Assembly: GCA_963702095.1 (NCBI GenBank) | Contig: OY969706.1 | Location: 1,472,001-1,536,000, forward strand | DNA: 64,000 nt | Reading direction: 5' to 3' | Origin: Candidatus Bathyarchaeota archaeon | Lineage (GTDB): Archaea > Thermoproteota > Bathyarchaeia > Bathyarchaeales > Bathycorpusculaceae | Shown here: one piece after another, positions 9,803 to 21,005 of the stretch | How positions within the stretch are numbered: the stretch's first letter is position 1 | Layout: every line of letters begins with the position of its first letter | Translations under genes and position numbers: made by a program | The notes under the pieces: generated by a model | The model's input: the letters and a program-made list of their open reading frames with translations, nothing else | The model's database searches: none | Told to the model about the DNA's origin: nothing

Positions 9803-10534
9803 ATGAAGCGTGCATGCAAATTCTTTATCTTACTCCTCATGGTTACTTTGTGTATCATAACCATGTTTGTAATTGAATCGGTTTCTGCTCAATCAGTCCC
9901 TAACCCCTCTGTTCCAGAATTTACCATCGCGCTTGTTGACCATTCGTATGATGTCCCTTCAATCACAACCTCGACAATAAATCCATACAATAATCAGACA
10001 ATTACTAAAACAGTACCAGGTTACCATGTAGAAAATGAAACGATAGACCTAAAAATAAAAAATCAACCAATCCCCTCAACTATTGATGGCAACAAGTCTT
10101 ACTTACTATTCTATGTTAGATTAAAGGGACATTACAGCGATAATTGGTCATACCCATACACTGCAATTGATTCGTATCCAGTGCAGACAAATTCGAGTTA
10201 TACAATAATTTCCTTCACAAAAAGCGTTACAACTACAACCGATTATGGCTCGTACACGACAAATCTGCATGCGGGTGATGAAATCGATTTTCAAGTCAAG
10301 GCTATCGTGGCCTACGGATACAATTATTCATTAAATGCTTGTTTTCCATGTTACAGCTATGATTATGATGGCGTTTCTGCCAGTGACTGGAGCAATACTA
10401 AAACCTTCGAGATGCCAGAACAAATAACTCCTTCATCAACTGTCCCAGAATTTGCTATTGCAACAATCTTACCTTTGTTGATAGTAATACCTCTAATGGC
10501 AGGGGTGCTTGTGCGTAAAAAGAGGAATAGATGA
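9803..10534 (+). CDS. Secreted/surface protein with PEF-CTERM-like C-terminal anchor
   Basis: Signal peptide; PSVPEFT near N-terminus; C-terminal VPEF + TM + RKKRNR. Confidence 0.75.
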   Translation: MKRACKFFILLLMVTLCIITMFVIESVSAQSVPNPSVPEFTIALVDHSYDVPSITTSTINPYNNQTITKTVPGYHVENETIDLKIKNQPIPSTIDGNKSYLLFYVRLKGHYSDNWSYPYTAIDSYPVQTNSSYTIISFTKSVTTTTDYGSYTTNLHAGDEIDFQVKAIVAYGYNYSLNACFPCYSYDYDGVSASDWSNTKTFEMPEQITPSSTVPEFAIATILPLLIVIPLMAGVLVRKKRNR

Positions 10535-10670
10535 ATAAGGTTTCAACGGTAATCGTAACATCTATTGTAGCAATTTTAGCGTTTTTTTGCTTGAAGATTG
10601 CTTTTTGGAGGTTTGTTTGTTTTTAGGTCGGGCTGGGTTGGAAGCAAGAGATGCCCTCCCCTGAGTGTTA

Positions 10671-10703
10671 GTGCCCGACTTGCATTGTACTGTACATTGC
10701 TGT
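10671..10703 (+). repeat. Dispersed repeat module C, copy 1
   Basis: gtgcccgacttgcattgtactgtacattgctgt matches the reverse complement of 39610-39640. Confidence 0.65.
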
Positions 10704-10816
10704 CGCTGCTTGCAAATGTTGCAGGTTGTTGAGGAGTTCAGCGTATATGTAGGGGGGATGGTCGGTAGAGGCAACAAAACCTGCGATATCCCGCCTATAA
10801 CAGAGACCTAAAATTC

Positions 10817-10949
10817 GGTTCTGCTTGAGGATTGTTCCTCAACCCGCCAGCAACCCAAATCCGTTTCAGAACCCAAAACACAGCCGTCCACACAACCCCT
10901 AAGAAGATGTTGAGTAAGGACGGCATTCTCTTCTTCTTAATACTAGAAA
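10817..10949 (+). repeat. Dispersed intergenic repeat family A, copy 1
   Basis: ttctgcttgaggattg..cctcaacc..gaacccaaaa..aagaagatg.tgagtaagg..ctcttcttcttaa.actagaaa shared with 32778-32910 and 39386-39520. Confidence 0.85.
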
Positions 10950-11076
10950 TACAGGAAAAAGCACAAATTTAATCTACAGATAAAGGCGGGCAGGTATTTA
11001 GTAAGCAATTAACCTCTTGTTTTATGCAAGTTTAAATCTCTTCCCCAAATTATAGTCAAGGGGAGCCAACAGCAAA

Positions 11077-11883
11077 GTGTCCTACGTCTTCAACATACCT
11101 ATCCGCAGCAACAGCAAACTCAAATCCGTCATGGATAAGGTCCGTGAAAACAAGCGTTTGCGGACTTATTGGAAATGCAGCAACGTCATGGCGATTGACC
11201 GCATGGGCTACACTGACCACGGACCGACACATGTAAAAATCGTCGCCAACCTCAGCCTAAAACTCCTCCGCGTCTTGGTGGAGAAAGACCTCATCAAACC
11301 GAGCATAGTTGAACACTATGGCATGACAAACGACGACGCCGAAGTCGTTGTTGTTTTAGGCTCGATCCTGCATGATTTAGGCATGATTGTACAGCGCCGC
11401 CACCATGAACAATACAGCGTCATCCTCGCCCTGCAAGTACTAGACGACCTCTTAACCCCAGCCTACAATGAGGAGGAACACGCCATAATGACCAGCGAAG
11501 TCCTCCACGCCATCGTCTGCCATGAGCAGCCGCCAAGCACTGAACCCACAAACAAGATTTTAACCAAAGAAGCAGGCATCATCGGCATCGCAGACGCCTT
11601 AGACATGGAAGCGGGGCGCGCACGCATTCCCTTCCAATCGGGCAAAATCGACATTCACGCCGTCTCCGCATTGTCCATAGAAAAAGTTGACATTGAAGTA
11701 AGCGACGATACGCCTAAACCCATAACCATCAAAATCAAAATGAGCAATTCCGCAGGCGTCTTCCAAATCGATGAACTCCTAAAACCCCGCATCCTCAAAT
11801 CGGGGCTCGAACAGTACTTCCACGTAATCGCCGAAATCACAGGCGAAAAAGAAACCCGTATAATAGAAAAATTCGAAATCTAA
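11077..11883 (+). CDS. HD-domain metal-dependent phosphohydrolase
   Basis: DHGPTH, LHDLG, IVCH, ADALD. Confidence 0.88.
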   Translation: MSYVFNIPIRSNSKLKSVMDKVRENKRLRTYWKCSNVMAIDRMGYTDHGPTHVKIVANLSLKLLRVLVEKDLIKPSIVEHYGMTNDDAEVVVVLGSILHDLGMIVQRRHHEQYSVILALQVLDDLLTPAYNEEEHAIMTSEVLHAIVCHEQPPSTEPTNKILTKEAGIIGIADALDMEAGRARIPFQSGKIDIHAVSALSIEKVDIEVSDDTPKPITIKIKMSNSAGVFQIDELLKPRILKSGLEQYFHVIAEITGEKETRIIEKFEI

Positions 11884-11899
11884 ATTTTTGGAGAAAAAA

Positions 11900-13627
11900 A
11901 TGATCCACGAATACGATGTGGTTATAATCGGAGGCGGCATTGCTGGCCTCTATACTGCGTTGACAGCTGCTCAGAGTGGCTGCAAAGTAGCGGTGGTCAG
12001 CAAAGTCCACGTTACCCGCTCCCACTCGGTTGCAGCGCAGGGTGGAATCGCAGCAGCCTTGGGCAATGAGGAACCTGACAACTGGGAGTGGCATTTCTAC
12101 GATACAGTCAAAGGCAGCGATTTCCTCGCCGACCAAGACGCCGCAGAAGTCCTCGCCAAAGAATCCCCAGACGCCATCATCGCACTCGAACACCTCGGCG
12201 TCCCCTTCAGCCGCAACAAGGAGGGCAAAATCGGGCAACGCAGATTCGGCGGTCACACCCGAAACTACGGTGAAGCACCCGTCAAACGCGCCTGCTACGC
12301 TTCGGATCGCACGGGCAGAGCCATCATGGACACCCTCTACGACCACTGTGGCGAACATGGCGTATCGTTCCACAACGAAGTCTTCATCCAACAACTCCTC
12401 TTTTCCCTCAACGTCTGCTGCGGCGCCGCAGGATACGACCTCGCCACCACAACCTCGCATGTTTTCCACGCCAAAGCCGTCGTGTTAGCCACAGGCGGAT
12501 GCGGCAGAATCTATCGCACCACCAGCAACGGGTTCGCCTCAACCGGCGACGGATTCGCATTGGCGCTCGACGCCCTAATACCGCTCGAAGACATGGAGTT
12601 TATCCAGTTCCACCCAACCGGCATCTACGGCTTAGGCATCCTCATAACTGAAGCCGCCCGCGCCGAAGGAGGCGTTCTGCGCAACGACTCAGGCGAGCCG
12701 TTTATGGAGCGGTATGCGCCCACACTCAAAGACCTCGCACCCCGAGACATCGTTTCCCGCGCCATACTCAAAGAGATCGGCGAGGGCAGAGGAGCCGGCG
12801 GCAAAGACTATGTGCATTTGGACCTCCGAGGCTTAGGTAAAGACCGGCTCAATGAGAAGCTGCCTGAAATCAGCGGTTTCGTCAAAACTTACCTTGGCAT
12901 CGACGCTGCCGAAGAGCCTATTCCAGTTGCGCCAACCTGCCACTACATGATGGGCGGCATATCCACCGACACCAACGGACATGTCTTCGCCAACGCAGTC
13001 GGCACAGTCCTTCCCCGCATCTATGCAGTCGGCGAATGCGCATGCGTCAGCGTACATGGCGCCAACCGCCTTGGCTGCAACAGCCTCATCGACCTAGTCG
13101 TATTCGGCAAAAGAGTCGGCCAAAGCATCATCGCCGACGCCAAAGCAAACGGGGAACCGCCGCTTCCTCAGCAAACCGAAAGCATAGTCGCCGACAAACT
13201 CGCCGCGTCACTCGAATCCAGAGGCACCGAAAAAGTGGCTTCAATCAGGGATAGCATGCAGCAACTGATGACAGAGCAAGTCAGCGTTTTCCGCACCAGA
13301 GAGAACCTACAGAGTGCGTTGATGCAGATTCGACAGTTACGCAAACGGAGCCAAAACCTCTTTTTAACCGACAAATCAGCGGTTTTCAACTATGAACTCC
13401 AAGAAGCCCTTGAACTTGCGAACATGCTAAGGGTGGCGGAAGTCATCGTTTACTCGGCGCTTGCCCGCAAAGAAAGCCGCGGCGCCCACTTTCGCAAAGA
13501 TTATCCCAAACGCAACGACGAAGAATGGCTCCGCCACACCTTTGTATCGGAAAACGTAGCGGGGCTTGAAGCCGCCTATAAACCGGTGACTATTACCCGG
13601 TTTGCACCCCAGAAACGGAGTTATTAA
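11900..13627 (+). CDS. sdhA: Succinate dehydrogenase/fumarate reductase flavoprotein subunit
   Basis: GGGIAG FAD motif, SHSVAAQGG covalent-FAD His, QFHPTG, HYMMGG, HGANRLG, ESRGAH. Confidence 0.93.
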   Translation: MIHEYDVVIIGGGIAGLYTALTAAQSGCKVAVVSKVHVTRSHSVAAQGGIAAALGNEEPDNWEWHFYDTVKGSDFLADQDAAEVLAKESPDAIIALEHLGVPFSRNKEGKIGQRRFGGHTRNYGEAPVKRACYASDRTGRAIMDTLYDHCGEHGVSFHNEVFIQQLLFSLNVCCGAAGYDLATTTSHVFHAKAVVLATGGCGRIYRTTSNGFASTGDGFALALDALIPLEDMEFIQFHPTGIYGLGILITEAARAEGGVLRNDSGEPFMERYAPTLKDLAPRDIVSRAILKEIGEGRGAGGKDYVHLDLRGLGKDRLNEKLPEISGFVKTYLGIDAAEEPIPVAPTCHYMMGGISTDTNGHVFANAVGTVLPRIYAVGECACVSVHGANRLGCNSLIDLVVFGKRVGQSIIADAKANGEPPLPQQTESIVADKLAASLESRGTEKVASIRDSMQQLMTEQVSVFRTRENLQSALMQIRQLRKRSQNLFLTDKSAVFNYELQEALELANMLRVAEVIVYSALARKESRGAHFRKDYPKRNDEEWLRHTFVSENVAGLEAAYKPVTITRFAPQKRSY

Positions 13628-13628
13628 C

Positions 13629-14354
13629 ATGCAGGTAACACTCAAAATTTACCGTTTCAACCCCCAAACCGACAAGCAACCATACTACGACACCTTCCAT
13701 GTTGAAGCGGAACTCAACGAGCGACTGCTGGATTGCCTCAACAGGGTCCGCTGGACACAGGACGGCACCCTATCGTTTAGGATGTCATGCGCCCATGGCA
13801 TCTGCGGTTCAGACGGCTTAACCATCAACGGACAAGCCGCCTTAGCCTGCCAGAAACTCATAAAAGAGTTGGACTACACAAAAGAAATCCTCATCGAACC
13901 CCTCAGATACTTTGCAGTCATAAAAGACCTCATGGTGGATCTAAAACCGTTTTTTAAACGCATAAAATCAATCAATCCCTCGGCGCCTCAGCCAGCGCCG
14001 AATGTTAAGCCCCAAGAGAAAGAACGCATCCAAACCCCCCAACAACGCAGCCTCATCGACGACGCCGTAAAATGCATCCTTTGCGCCTGCTGCTACAGTG
14101 CCTGCCCGGTGCTCAATGGGGAAGACGGGGAATTTGTGGGTCCAGCCGCGGTTCTTCGGGAGCAACGCTATGTCTTTGACAGCCGAAACGAAAACACGGA
14201 GGAAAGGTTGGCTGTGATGGGGAAACCGCATGGGATTTGGGCTTGTAAAAGCTACTACAAGTGCACGCAGGTGTGCCCAAAGAACATTAAAGTGACTGAG
14301 GCTATACTTAGGACTAAAAAGATTATATCCAAACAGCAACCTAAAATGCAGTAA
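13629..14354 (+). CDS. sdhB: Succinate dehydrogenase/fumarate reductase iron-sulfur subunit
   Basis: SCAHGICGSD..LAC (2Fe-2S), CILCACCYSACP, CKSYYKCTQVCP. Confidence 0.93.
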   Translation: MQVTLKIYRFNPQTDKQPYYDTFHVEAELNERLLDCLNRVRWTQDGTLSFRMSCAHGICGSDGLTINGQAALACQKLIKELDYTKEILIEPLRYFAVIKDLMVDLKPFFKRIKSINPSAPQPAPNVKPQEKERIQTPQQRSLIDDAVKCILCACCYSACPVLNGEDGEFVGPAAVLREQRYVFDSRNENTEERLAVMGKPHGIWACKSYYKCTQVCPKNIKVTEAILRTKKIISKQQPKMQ

Positions 14355-14370
14355 CAAGAAGAGAGAAGCT

Positions 14371-15753
14371 ATGAGCACACGCATCGAAGTGGACCCACTG
14401 GGCGAAAAAGCAATATCCAGAGATGCCTACTTTGGCATCCAAACGTTGAGGGCAACAGAGAATTTCCCCGTCAGCGGCCTCAAAGCATCGCCCTACATCA
14501 TCGAAGCCTATGTTTTGATTAAGAAAGCTGCGGCAACTGCGAATATGCAGGTTGGGTGGCTGGATAAAAGAATCGGCAATGCCATCATCGAAGCCTGCAA
14601 CGAAGTCCTCGCCGGCAAATTAGTTAACCAGTTCGTCATTGACGTTTTTCAGGCGGGTGCTGGCACCAGCTTCAATATGAACACCAACGAGGTGCTGGCG
14701 AATCGGGCACTGGAGATAGTTGGCAAACAGAGAGGCGACTACAAAACCATCAGCCCAAACGACCACGTTAACATGGCACAATCCACCAACGACACCTACC
14801 CCACCGCACTCCATGTCTCCGTGTTGCTTGCACTTCAACCGCTGCTAAAAGCGCTTGATGAACTCGCAGGCGCCTTCAACGAATTAGCCGAGAAGAACGC
14901 TCATGTGCTCAAGTCGGGCAGAACTCACCTGCAGGATGCATTGCCCGTCACGGTTGGGCAAGAATTTGGCGCTTATTGCTCTGCAATCTCAAATGCCGCT
15001 GCTGAACTTCGCCGCAGACAAGAAAACCTCTACGCCGTCGCGTTGGGCGGAACCGCAACTGGAACGGGCGCAAACACCTATCCGGACTACAAACGCTTAG
15101 CCATCGCGGAGTTGGCAAGACTCTCGGGTTTCCCCTTGAAGGCAGCGTCTAACAACTTTGAGGCGTTGCAGAGTCTGCGAGCTGCCCAGACAGTGTCGAG
15201 TGGACTCAAAGAACTGGCGTTGGAACTCATACGCATCGCCAATGACCTGCGACTGCTCGCGTCTGGACCCACCACAGGCTTAAACGAGATAACGCTGCCG
15301 CCTGTACAGCCGGGTTCATCGATTATGCCTGGCAAAGTTAACCCCGTCATGGCAGAATGCCTCAACATGGTTGCCTATCAAGTGGTAGGCTCCGACACAG
15401 CAGTTTCGATGGCAGTTCAAGCGGGGCAACTGGAACTAAACGTCATGACCCCCGCAGTAGCCTACAACATGCTCTTTAGCATCCAAATCCTAAGCAACTA
15501 CCTGCCCGCCTTCACTGACAAATGCGTCAGAGGCATCACCGTAGACGAGAAACGCTGCGAACAGTACCTTGAAAAAAACCCTTCCCTGGCGACTTTGCTG
15601 GCGCCTAAAATCGGCTATTTGGAAGCTGCAAAAATCGCTAAGCAGGCGCAGGCGGAGAACCGCACGGTGAAAGAGGTTGCGTTGGAGAAGGGTTTGCCAC
15701 CGGATGAGTTGGAGCGGGTTTTTAGCCGCAAAAACCTCTTAAACGAAAAATAA
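14371..15753 (+). CDS. aspA: Aspartate ammonia-lyase (class II fumarase superfamily)
   Basis: QAGAGTSFNMNTNEV, GRTHLQDA, GSSIMPGKVNP; AspA versus FumC cannot be fully resolved. Confidence 0.75.
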   Translation: MSTRIEVDPLGEKAISRDAYFGIQTLRATENFPVSGLKASPYIIEAYVLIKKAAATANMQVGWLDKRIGNAIIEACNEVLAGKLVNQFVIDVFQAGAGTSFNMNTNEVLANRALEIVGKQRGDYKTISPNDHVNMAQSTNDTYPTALHVSVLLALQPLLKALDELAGAFNELAEKNAHVLKSGRTHLQDALPVTVGQEFGAYCSAISNAAAELRRRQENLYAVALGGTATGTGANTYPDYKRLAIAELARLSGFPLKAASNNFEALQSLRAAQTVSSGLKELALELIRIANDLRLLASGPTTGLNEITLPPVQPGSSIMPGKVNPVMAECLNMVAYQVVGSDTAVSMAVQAGQLELNVMTPAVAYNMLFSIQILSNYLPAFTDKCVRGITVDEKRCEQYLEKNPSLATLLAPKIGYLEAAKIAKQAQAENRTVKEVALEKGLPPDELERVFSRKNLLNEK

Positions 15754-15787
15754 CCGCATCGTTTTAGCCTGCGCCGCTCACAGTTGT

Positions 15788-15966
15788 TCTTTCTCTTTAT
15801 GTGGGTGTGACGGTTTGCATGGTGCCACAAGACTGCAATAGATTGCGTTTATTTTTTGGGATTGTAACGTGTTTCTTTGCCTGTTTCGGTGTGGGATAAC
15901 CGTTTTTCTCCATACGCCCAACATGGCTCCATGCAGAAGCGGAGCGGTGTGTATGTGAAGCAACAT
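15788..15966 (+). repeat. Dispersed intergenic repeat family B, copy 1
   Basis: ttctctttatgtgggtgtg..ggtgccacaaga..ggtgtgg..tgtgtatgtgaa shared with three other loci. Confidence 0.85.
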
Positions 15967-16033
15967 ACCAAACGCCAAAAACCCGCAGTTAACGAGACAA
16001 AAAAGACAGAATAAAAATGGATTTTTAATCCGG

Positions 16034-17662
16034 TTAGGAGATGGGGGTTTTGAGTTTGCCCAGTTTCTTGTTTACGCAGGCTTGTATGAATCCAGCGTAT
16101 TCAGGCGAGGGGCGGCCGGGTCGGCTTTTGAATTCGCCGTGGAACTGCGAGGCGAAGTAGAAGTATTTGTCTGGTAGCTCGAGTGTTTCCATTCTTCTGC
16201 CGTCGCTGCTTTTGCCTGTGAAGCGTAAGCCGTGGTTTTTGAGTGCGGTTATGTAGTCGAGGTTGACTTCGAAGCGGTGGCGGTGGCGTTCATGGATTTC
16301 TTCTTGTCCAAACATGCTGTAGGCTAAGGTGTCTTTTTGCAGCACGATTTTGTGGGCGCCAAGCCGCATGGTTGCTCCTTTGACTTCGATGCCGCGTTGC
16401 TCAGGCATTAAGTCGATGACCGGGTAGGGTGTGTCAGGGTTGATTTCGGTGCTGTTGGCGTCGGTTAAGCCGCAGACGTTGCGTGCAAACTCGATGACTG
16501 CCAACTGGAAGCCGTAGCATATGCCCAGGAAGGGCGTGTCGTTTTCTCGGGCGAATTTAACTGCGGCGATTTTGCCCTCTGTGCCTCTTGGACCGAAGCC
16601 GTAGGGGACAAAGACGCCGTCGTAGTTGGCGAGGTCTTTTATGCATTCGGGTTCCCGCTCGAATTTTTCTGCTTCAAGGTAGCTGACGCAGACTTTGGTT
16701 TTGCATGCGGCGCCTCCGTGGCGCAGAGCTTCGGTCATGCTGACATAGCTGTCCGATAAGCCCGCGTATTTGCCGACTAATGCGATTTTGACTTCGTGTT
16801 CGGGGTGAATCATGCCCTCCACGAAGGCTTGCCATTGGCTGAAGTCTTTGCCATCGTATTTGAGGCCCAGACGTTGGCAGATAAAGTCGCCCATACCCTG
16901 CTTGTCAAGGATTAGCGGAACCTGATAGACTGTTTCTGCGTTGTATGAGCAGAAAACCGCGCTTTCAGGGATGGTGCCGAACAAGGCGATTTTGCGTAGT
17001 GCTTCAGCGTCGATCATTTGTGGGCTGCGGGCTACGATGGTGTCGGGTTGGATACCGATGCGTCGCAGTTCGTTGACGCTGTGTTGGAGCGGTTTAGTTT
17101 TCATTTCGCCTGTAACATCCAAAATCGGCACCAAAGCAACATGAACGTAGAGGGTGTTTTCGTAGCCTTCCTCCACGCGCATTTGGCGTATGGCTTCTAG
17201 GAAAGGCAAACCTTCGATGTCGCCCACTGTGCCCCCTACCTCGGTGAGCACGATTTCAGCATTAACTGCTTTACCCGCATTGCGGATACGATTTTTTATT
17301 TCATTTGTAACATGAGGAACAATCTGTACACAACGCCCCAGAAAGTCGCCGTGGCGTTCTTTTTCAATCACGCTGCGGTAGATGGTGCCTGTGGTTAAGT
17401 TATTTTCCTGTTTTAAACTGAGGTCTAAGAAGCGTTCGTACCAGCCTAAATCAAGGTCGGTTTCGCCGCCGTCGTCGGTAACGAAAACTTCCCCATGCAT
17501 ATAGGGGTTCATTGTGCCCGCATCGATGTTCACGTACGGGTCGATTTTGACTACGGTGGGTTTTAAGCCTCTTGCCTGCAACATTTTGCCGATGGAGGAA
17601 GTTAAAATGCCCTTGCCAACTGAGCTTAAGACGCCACCTGTTACGAAAATGTACTTAACCAT
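16034..17662 (-). CDS. pyrG: CTP synthase
   Basis: [39 protein letters not shown]. Confidence 0.98.
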   Translation of the reverse strand: MVKYIFVTGGVLSSVGKGILTSSIGKMLQARGLKPTVVKIDPYVNIDAGTMNPYMHGEVFVTDDGGETDLDLGWYERFLDLSLKQENNLTTGTIYRSVIEKERHGDFLGRCVQIVPHVTNEIKNRIRNAGKAVNAEIVLTEVGGTVGDIEGLPFLEAIRQMRVEEGYENTLYVHVALVPILDVTGEMKTKPLQHSVNELRRIGIQPDTIVARSPQMIDAEALRKIALFGTIPESAVFCSYNAETVYQVPLILDKQGMGDFICQRLGLKYDGKDFSQWQAFVEGMIHPEHEVKIALVGKYAGLSDSYVSMTEALRHGGAACKTKVCVSYLEAEKFEREPECIKDLANYDGVFVPYGFGPRGTEGKIAAVKFARENDTPFLGICYGFQLAVIEFARNVCGLTDANSTEINPDTPYPVIDLMPEQRGIEVKGATMRLGAHKIVLQKDTLAYSMFGQEEIHERHRHRFEVNLDYITALKNHGLRFTGKSSDGRRMETLELPDKYFYFASQFHGEFKSRPGRPSPEYAGFIQACVNKKLGKLKTPIS

Positions 17663-17773
17663 TATTTTCGCCGCTTAGCCTACACCTTTCATGCAAACTT
17701 AATATAACTCTTTTGTGTGCTTAGCTAAAAAATTGTGCAATTAGCCATCAATAATTGAATATGGATGTGTAGG

Positions 17774-18133
17774 TTATGGGGGTGGCGGTTGCCTGTGTCT
17801 GCGGCTGCGTCTCAATCCAAGCAGAAGAATCCAGACTCCTATCAAAACCAAGACTAAGGGCCAAAAGTAAAACCAGAACGCGACAAACCCTGCTAAAACC
17901 ACAATGCCAATGATGATTATGAATATGCCTGCAATGAGTAATCCGATGCCGCTGCCATGTCGACGGTGAGGGTAGTATCTGTCATCGGGGTAATTTCGGT
18001 ATTCATGGCGACTGTAGGGTCTGCTCTCTGTTGCCGGTCTAGCAAGCGGTGCTCCACAGTTGGAGCAGTTTGTGGCGTTGTCAGGGTTGAGTGTTCCACA
18101 TCGGCTACAATAAACCAAAGGTGTTTTCTCCAA
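17774..18133 (-). CDS. Zinc-ribbon membrane protein (LiaI/LiaF-like TM hairpin)
   Basis: CSRC..CSNC then two TM with FWPLVLVLIG. Confidence 0.75.
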   Translation of the reverse strand: MEKTPLVYCSRCGTLNPDNATNCSNCGAPLARPATESRPYSRHEYRNYPDDRYYPHRRHGSGIGLLIAGIFIIIIGIVVLAGFVAFWFYFWPLVLVLIGVWILLLGLRRSRRHRQPPPP

Positions 18134-18290
18134 GTATTTTCTTGGAAGCCTCTGCTCATATAACTTGTGGTCACACTTCAGAGAGCCATTGGCTGGGCAC
18201 TAAACCCGTTTGATCCCTCTGCGACTCAGGTAAGTGTTTTTATGATTTTACCCTAAAAATATTAATTACTCAGTCTTTTGTAGATACTAT

Positions 18291-18539
18291 TTGGAGATTC
18301 TAAATTTGCCACAAGCCTTTGTACTCATAAACGTTGAATCAGGCGCAGAAGAAGAAGTGGTGGGTCACCTAAAAAAAATCGGCGGCGTAGAAGAAGCCTA
18401 CTTCTCATACGGCGTCTACGACATAATAGCCAAAGTCAAAGCTGACTCCATGGAAAACCTCAAAGACATGGTTACCCGCAAAATCCGATCTCTTAGCAAA
18501 GTCCGCTCCACTTTAACCCTAATCATGATGGAAGAATAA
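18291..18539 (+). CDS. Stand-alone Lrp/AsnC ligand-binding (RAM) domain protein
   Basis: AFVLINVE..GVYDIIAKV..STLTLI; no HTH. Confidence 0.88.
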   Translation: MEILNLPQAFVLINVESGAEEEVVGHLKKIGGVEEAYFSYGVYDIIAKVKADSMENLKDMVTRKIRSLSKVRSTLTLIMMEE

Positions 18540-18605
18540 GCTTCCCGCTTTCCACTCTATTTTTTAAGCGTCAGTTTTATTAGCACAGAGTCCCAAAACA
18601 CAATT

Positions 18606-19262
18606 ATGCCAAACAAAATAGCTCCAATAGCCCTTGTTCTAATTCTCTTAGTCGGGTTTGCTTGTTTAGCGTCGGCGGATTTAGCTGTCGGCGTCAAAAA
18701 AGGCGACTGGATAGAATACAACGTAACCTACACGGGGTCGCCGACACAGGGCCATGACGTTACTTGGGCACGGATGGAAATCCTCGACGTAGAAGGCACG
18801 GACATCTCCATATCGATCACCTCTATGTTCCAAGACAATTCCACCGCCATCACTAACTCAACTTTGAACCTGCAGACTGGACACTTAATCGACGACTTCA
18901 TCATTCCAGCCAACCTAGATGTGGGCAGCACTTTTTTGGATGAAAACTATGGTAACATGACTATCAGCAGCAAACAAACCGCTGATTATGCTGGGGCACC
19001 CCGTACAGTGGTGTCTGCTTCAGCTGCCAACAACACTTACGTTTGGGATCAAGCTACAGGCGTCAGCGTGGAAGGCACCTCCCAAACCGAAGAGTACAAC
19101 ATACACACCACTGCTTCAGCCACCAACATGTGGGAGGCGGCACCGCAGGGTTTGCCTTGGACATCGCTGCTTTTGGCGGCGGCAGCTATCCTCATCGCAG
19201 TTATTGCAGTCATCGCGTTGGCTATGCGTTACCGGCGGAAAACATCCTTTGCGAAACGTTAG
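18606..19262 (+). CDS. Secreted, C-terminally anchored hypothetical protein
   Basis: Signal peptide, VGVKKGDWIEY N-terminal motif, C-terminal TM + RYRRK. Confidence 0.75.
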   Translation: MPNKIAPIALVLILLVGFACLASADLAVGVKKGDWIEYNVTYTGSPTQGHDVTWARMEILDVEGTDISISITSMFQDNSTAITNSTLNLQTGHLIDDFIIPANLDVGSTFLDENYGNMTISSKQTADYAGAPRTVVSASAANNTYVWDQATGVSVEGTSQTEEYNIHTTASATNMWEAAPQGLPWTSLLLAAAAILIAVIAVIALAMRYRRKTSFAKR

Positions 19263-19322
19263 AGCTCGTTTAGCGGTTTTAGGTTAGGCTTAAATGGTTA
19301 GGCGCTCAAGATTAATCAAGGC

Positions 19323-20384
19323 TTGAAGAGCGCCATGGAGCCAACGAAGAAACCGTTTCGACCCAACATAATCCTTGTTGTTTTAATCGCGGGTTTAGTG
19401 GCTTTCATCGTATACTTCGCGTTGTTTGTGGACCCCGCACAAGTCGTGGCAACCCTAACCCAAACAAACCTCGCCATCTACTCCATAGCCTTCGTTGCCT
19501 ACATGCTGTATACGATTTTTTCTTCGATGGTGTGGCATGGGCTTCTGGGTAATTTGCTCGTAAAAATTACTTGGCGCAAAACGTTCCTCTTCACGTGGGT
19601 CGGCTTATTCTTCGACGCCACAGTGCCCCAGCTCGGTTGGTCAGCGGAAGTCTCCAAAACATACTTGCTCTCAAAAGATTCCAACGTCGAATCCGGTCGT
19701 GTTGGGGCTTCAGTGGTTGGACAAAAAATCTTCACCATGACAATGACAATCGTGGCTTTGAGCGCAGGTTTGACTTTGCTGCTGGTTAAGTATTCTTTTC
19801 CATTGCTGGAGTCGCTGTTCATTCTTTTGATTTTGGCGCTTTCGATTTTGACTTTAGCCGTTGTTTACTACGCCAGTTTTAGACCCACTGCAACACACAA
19901 ACTGCTTAACTGGGCAATCAAAACGGGCGTATTCTTCAAGAAAAACTGGAATCCAGAGGGTTTTCGAGTTAAAGCAGAAGGTTTGCTGGGTGATTTCCAT
20001 GCGGGCATCGGCCAGCTTAAGGCTAAACCAAAGGCGTTGGTTGCGCCATTTGTCTTTGCGGTTCTAAGTTTCGGCTTTGAGGTTTCGGTTATGTTCATAG
20101 CATTCGCCGCGTTGGGGCAGCCAGTGCCGGTGGATGTTGTTCTCATCGTGTTTACGTTAACAGGGACTTTGCAGACGGTTGGGGTGGCGTTTTTCGGCTT
20201 TCCCGAGTTAGTCATGACTGTGATGTTTAAGGCTTTAGGCATCAGTCTCCCTGTTGCGGTTTCGGTTGCATTGTTGACTAGGATTGTTAATTTGTGGTTC
20301 CGTCTTGCGGTGTCTTATGGTGCTTTGCAGTGGGCAGGCATTAAAATCATGCGGCAAGCCCCAAGCGCTCGATCCGAAAACTAA
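19323..20384 (+). CDS. Lysylphosphatidylglycerol synthase TM / flippase-like (UPF0104) membrane protein
   Basis: Multi-TM; GLFFDATVP..EVSK and ALLTRIVNLW patterns. Confidence 0.75.
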   Translation: MKSAMEPTKKPFRPNIILVVLIAGLVAFIVYFALFVDPAQVVATLTQTNLAIYSIAFVAYMLYTIFSSMVWHGLLGNLLVKITWRKTFLFTWVGLFFDATVPQLGWSAEVSKTYLLSKDSNVESGRVGASVVGQKIFTMTMTIVALSAGLTLLLVKYSFPLLESLFILLILALSILTLAVVYYASFRPTATHKLLNWAIKTGVFFKKNWNPEGFRVKAEGLLGDFHAGIGQLKAKPKALVAPFVFAVLSFGFEVSVMFIAFAALGQPVPVDVVLIVFTLTGTLQTVGVAFFGFPELVMTVMFKALGISLPVAVSVALLTRIVNLWFRLAVSYGALQWAGIKIMRQAPSARSEN

Positions 20385-20501
20385 CTAGGTGGATATCGGA
20401 CCTTGTCAGCTGTTTAGCGGTGACCCGTAAATGGAAAGGACATTTGTTTCATGGAAAGATTTTAATGCCAACCTAACCTAACTTATATTTTGAGGATTGA
20501 T

Positions 20502-20741
20502 ATGCCCACAGCGTTTGTACTGATTAACACCGAGATAGGCTCCGAGTCAGATGTTTTAAAAGAACTCAAAAAAGTAGAAGGCGTCGAGGAAGCCTCAGCG
20601 GTTTACGGAGTCTACGACATCGTAGCAAGAGTCAAAGCAGACACTATGGATAGACTCAAAGAAATCGTAACTTGGCGTATCAGGCGGCTCGACAAAGTTC
20701 GCTCGACACTCACCATGATCGTCGTAGAGGAAAAACAATAA
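20502..20741 (+). CDS. Stand-alone Lrp/AsnC RAM domain protein
   Basis: MPTAFVLINTE..GVYDIVARV..STLTMI. Confidence 0.9.
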   Translation: MPTAFVLINTEIGSESDVLKELKKVEGVEEASAVYGVYDIVARVKADTMDRLKEIVTWRIRRLDKVRSTLTMIVVEEKQ

Positions 20742-21005
20742 TTTTTCCCCTTCTTTTCCAACAAGTTGTCTTTCTCTGAAGTTACATACATATCTTTAAA
20801 CTGTTGAACCCTACAAAAGCGTATTTGATTAAGATGAAATCAGAGTATAAATGTCCATGGTGCGGCAGCGAGTTCAAAAACAGCCAAGAATTGTTCAATC
20901 ATGCTAAAGACCACTATGCAAAATGCATAACGATCGAAGCAGCAGACAAAATAGCGGTTGTGACTGTCTAGGCACAATCACATAATTTTAAATTTTTTTG
21001 GACTG

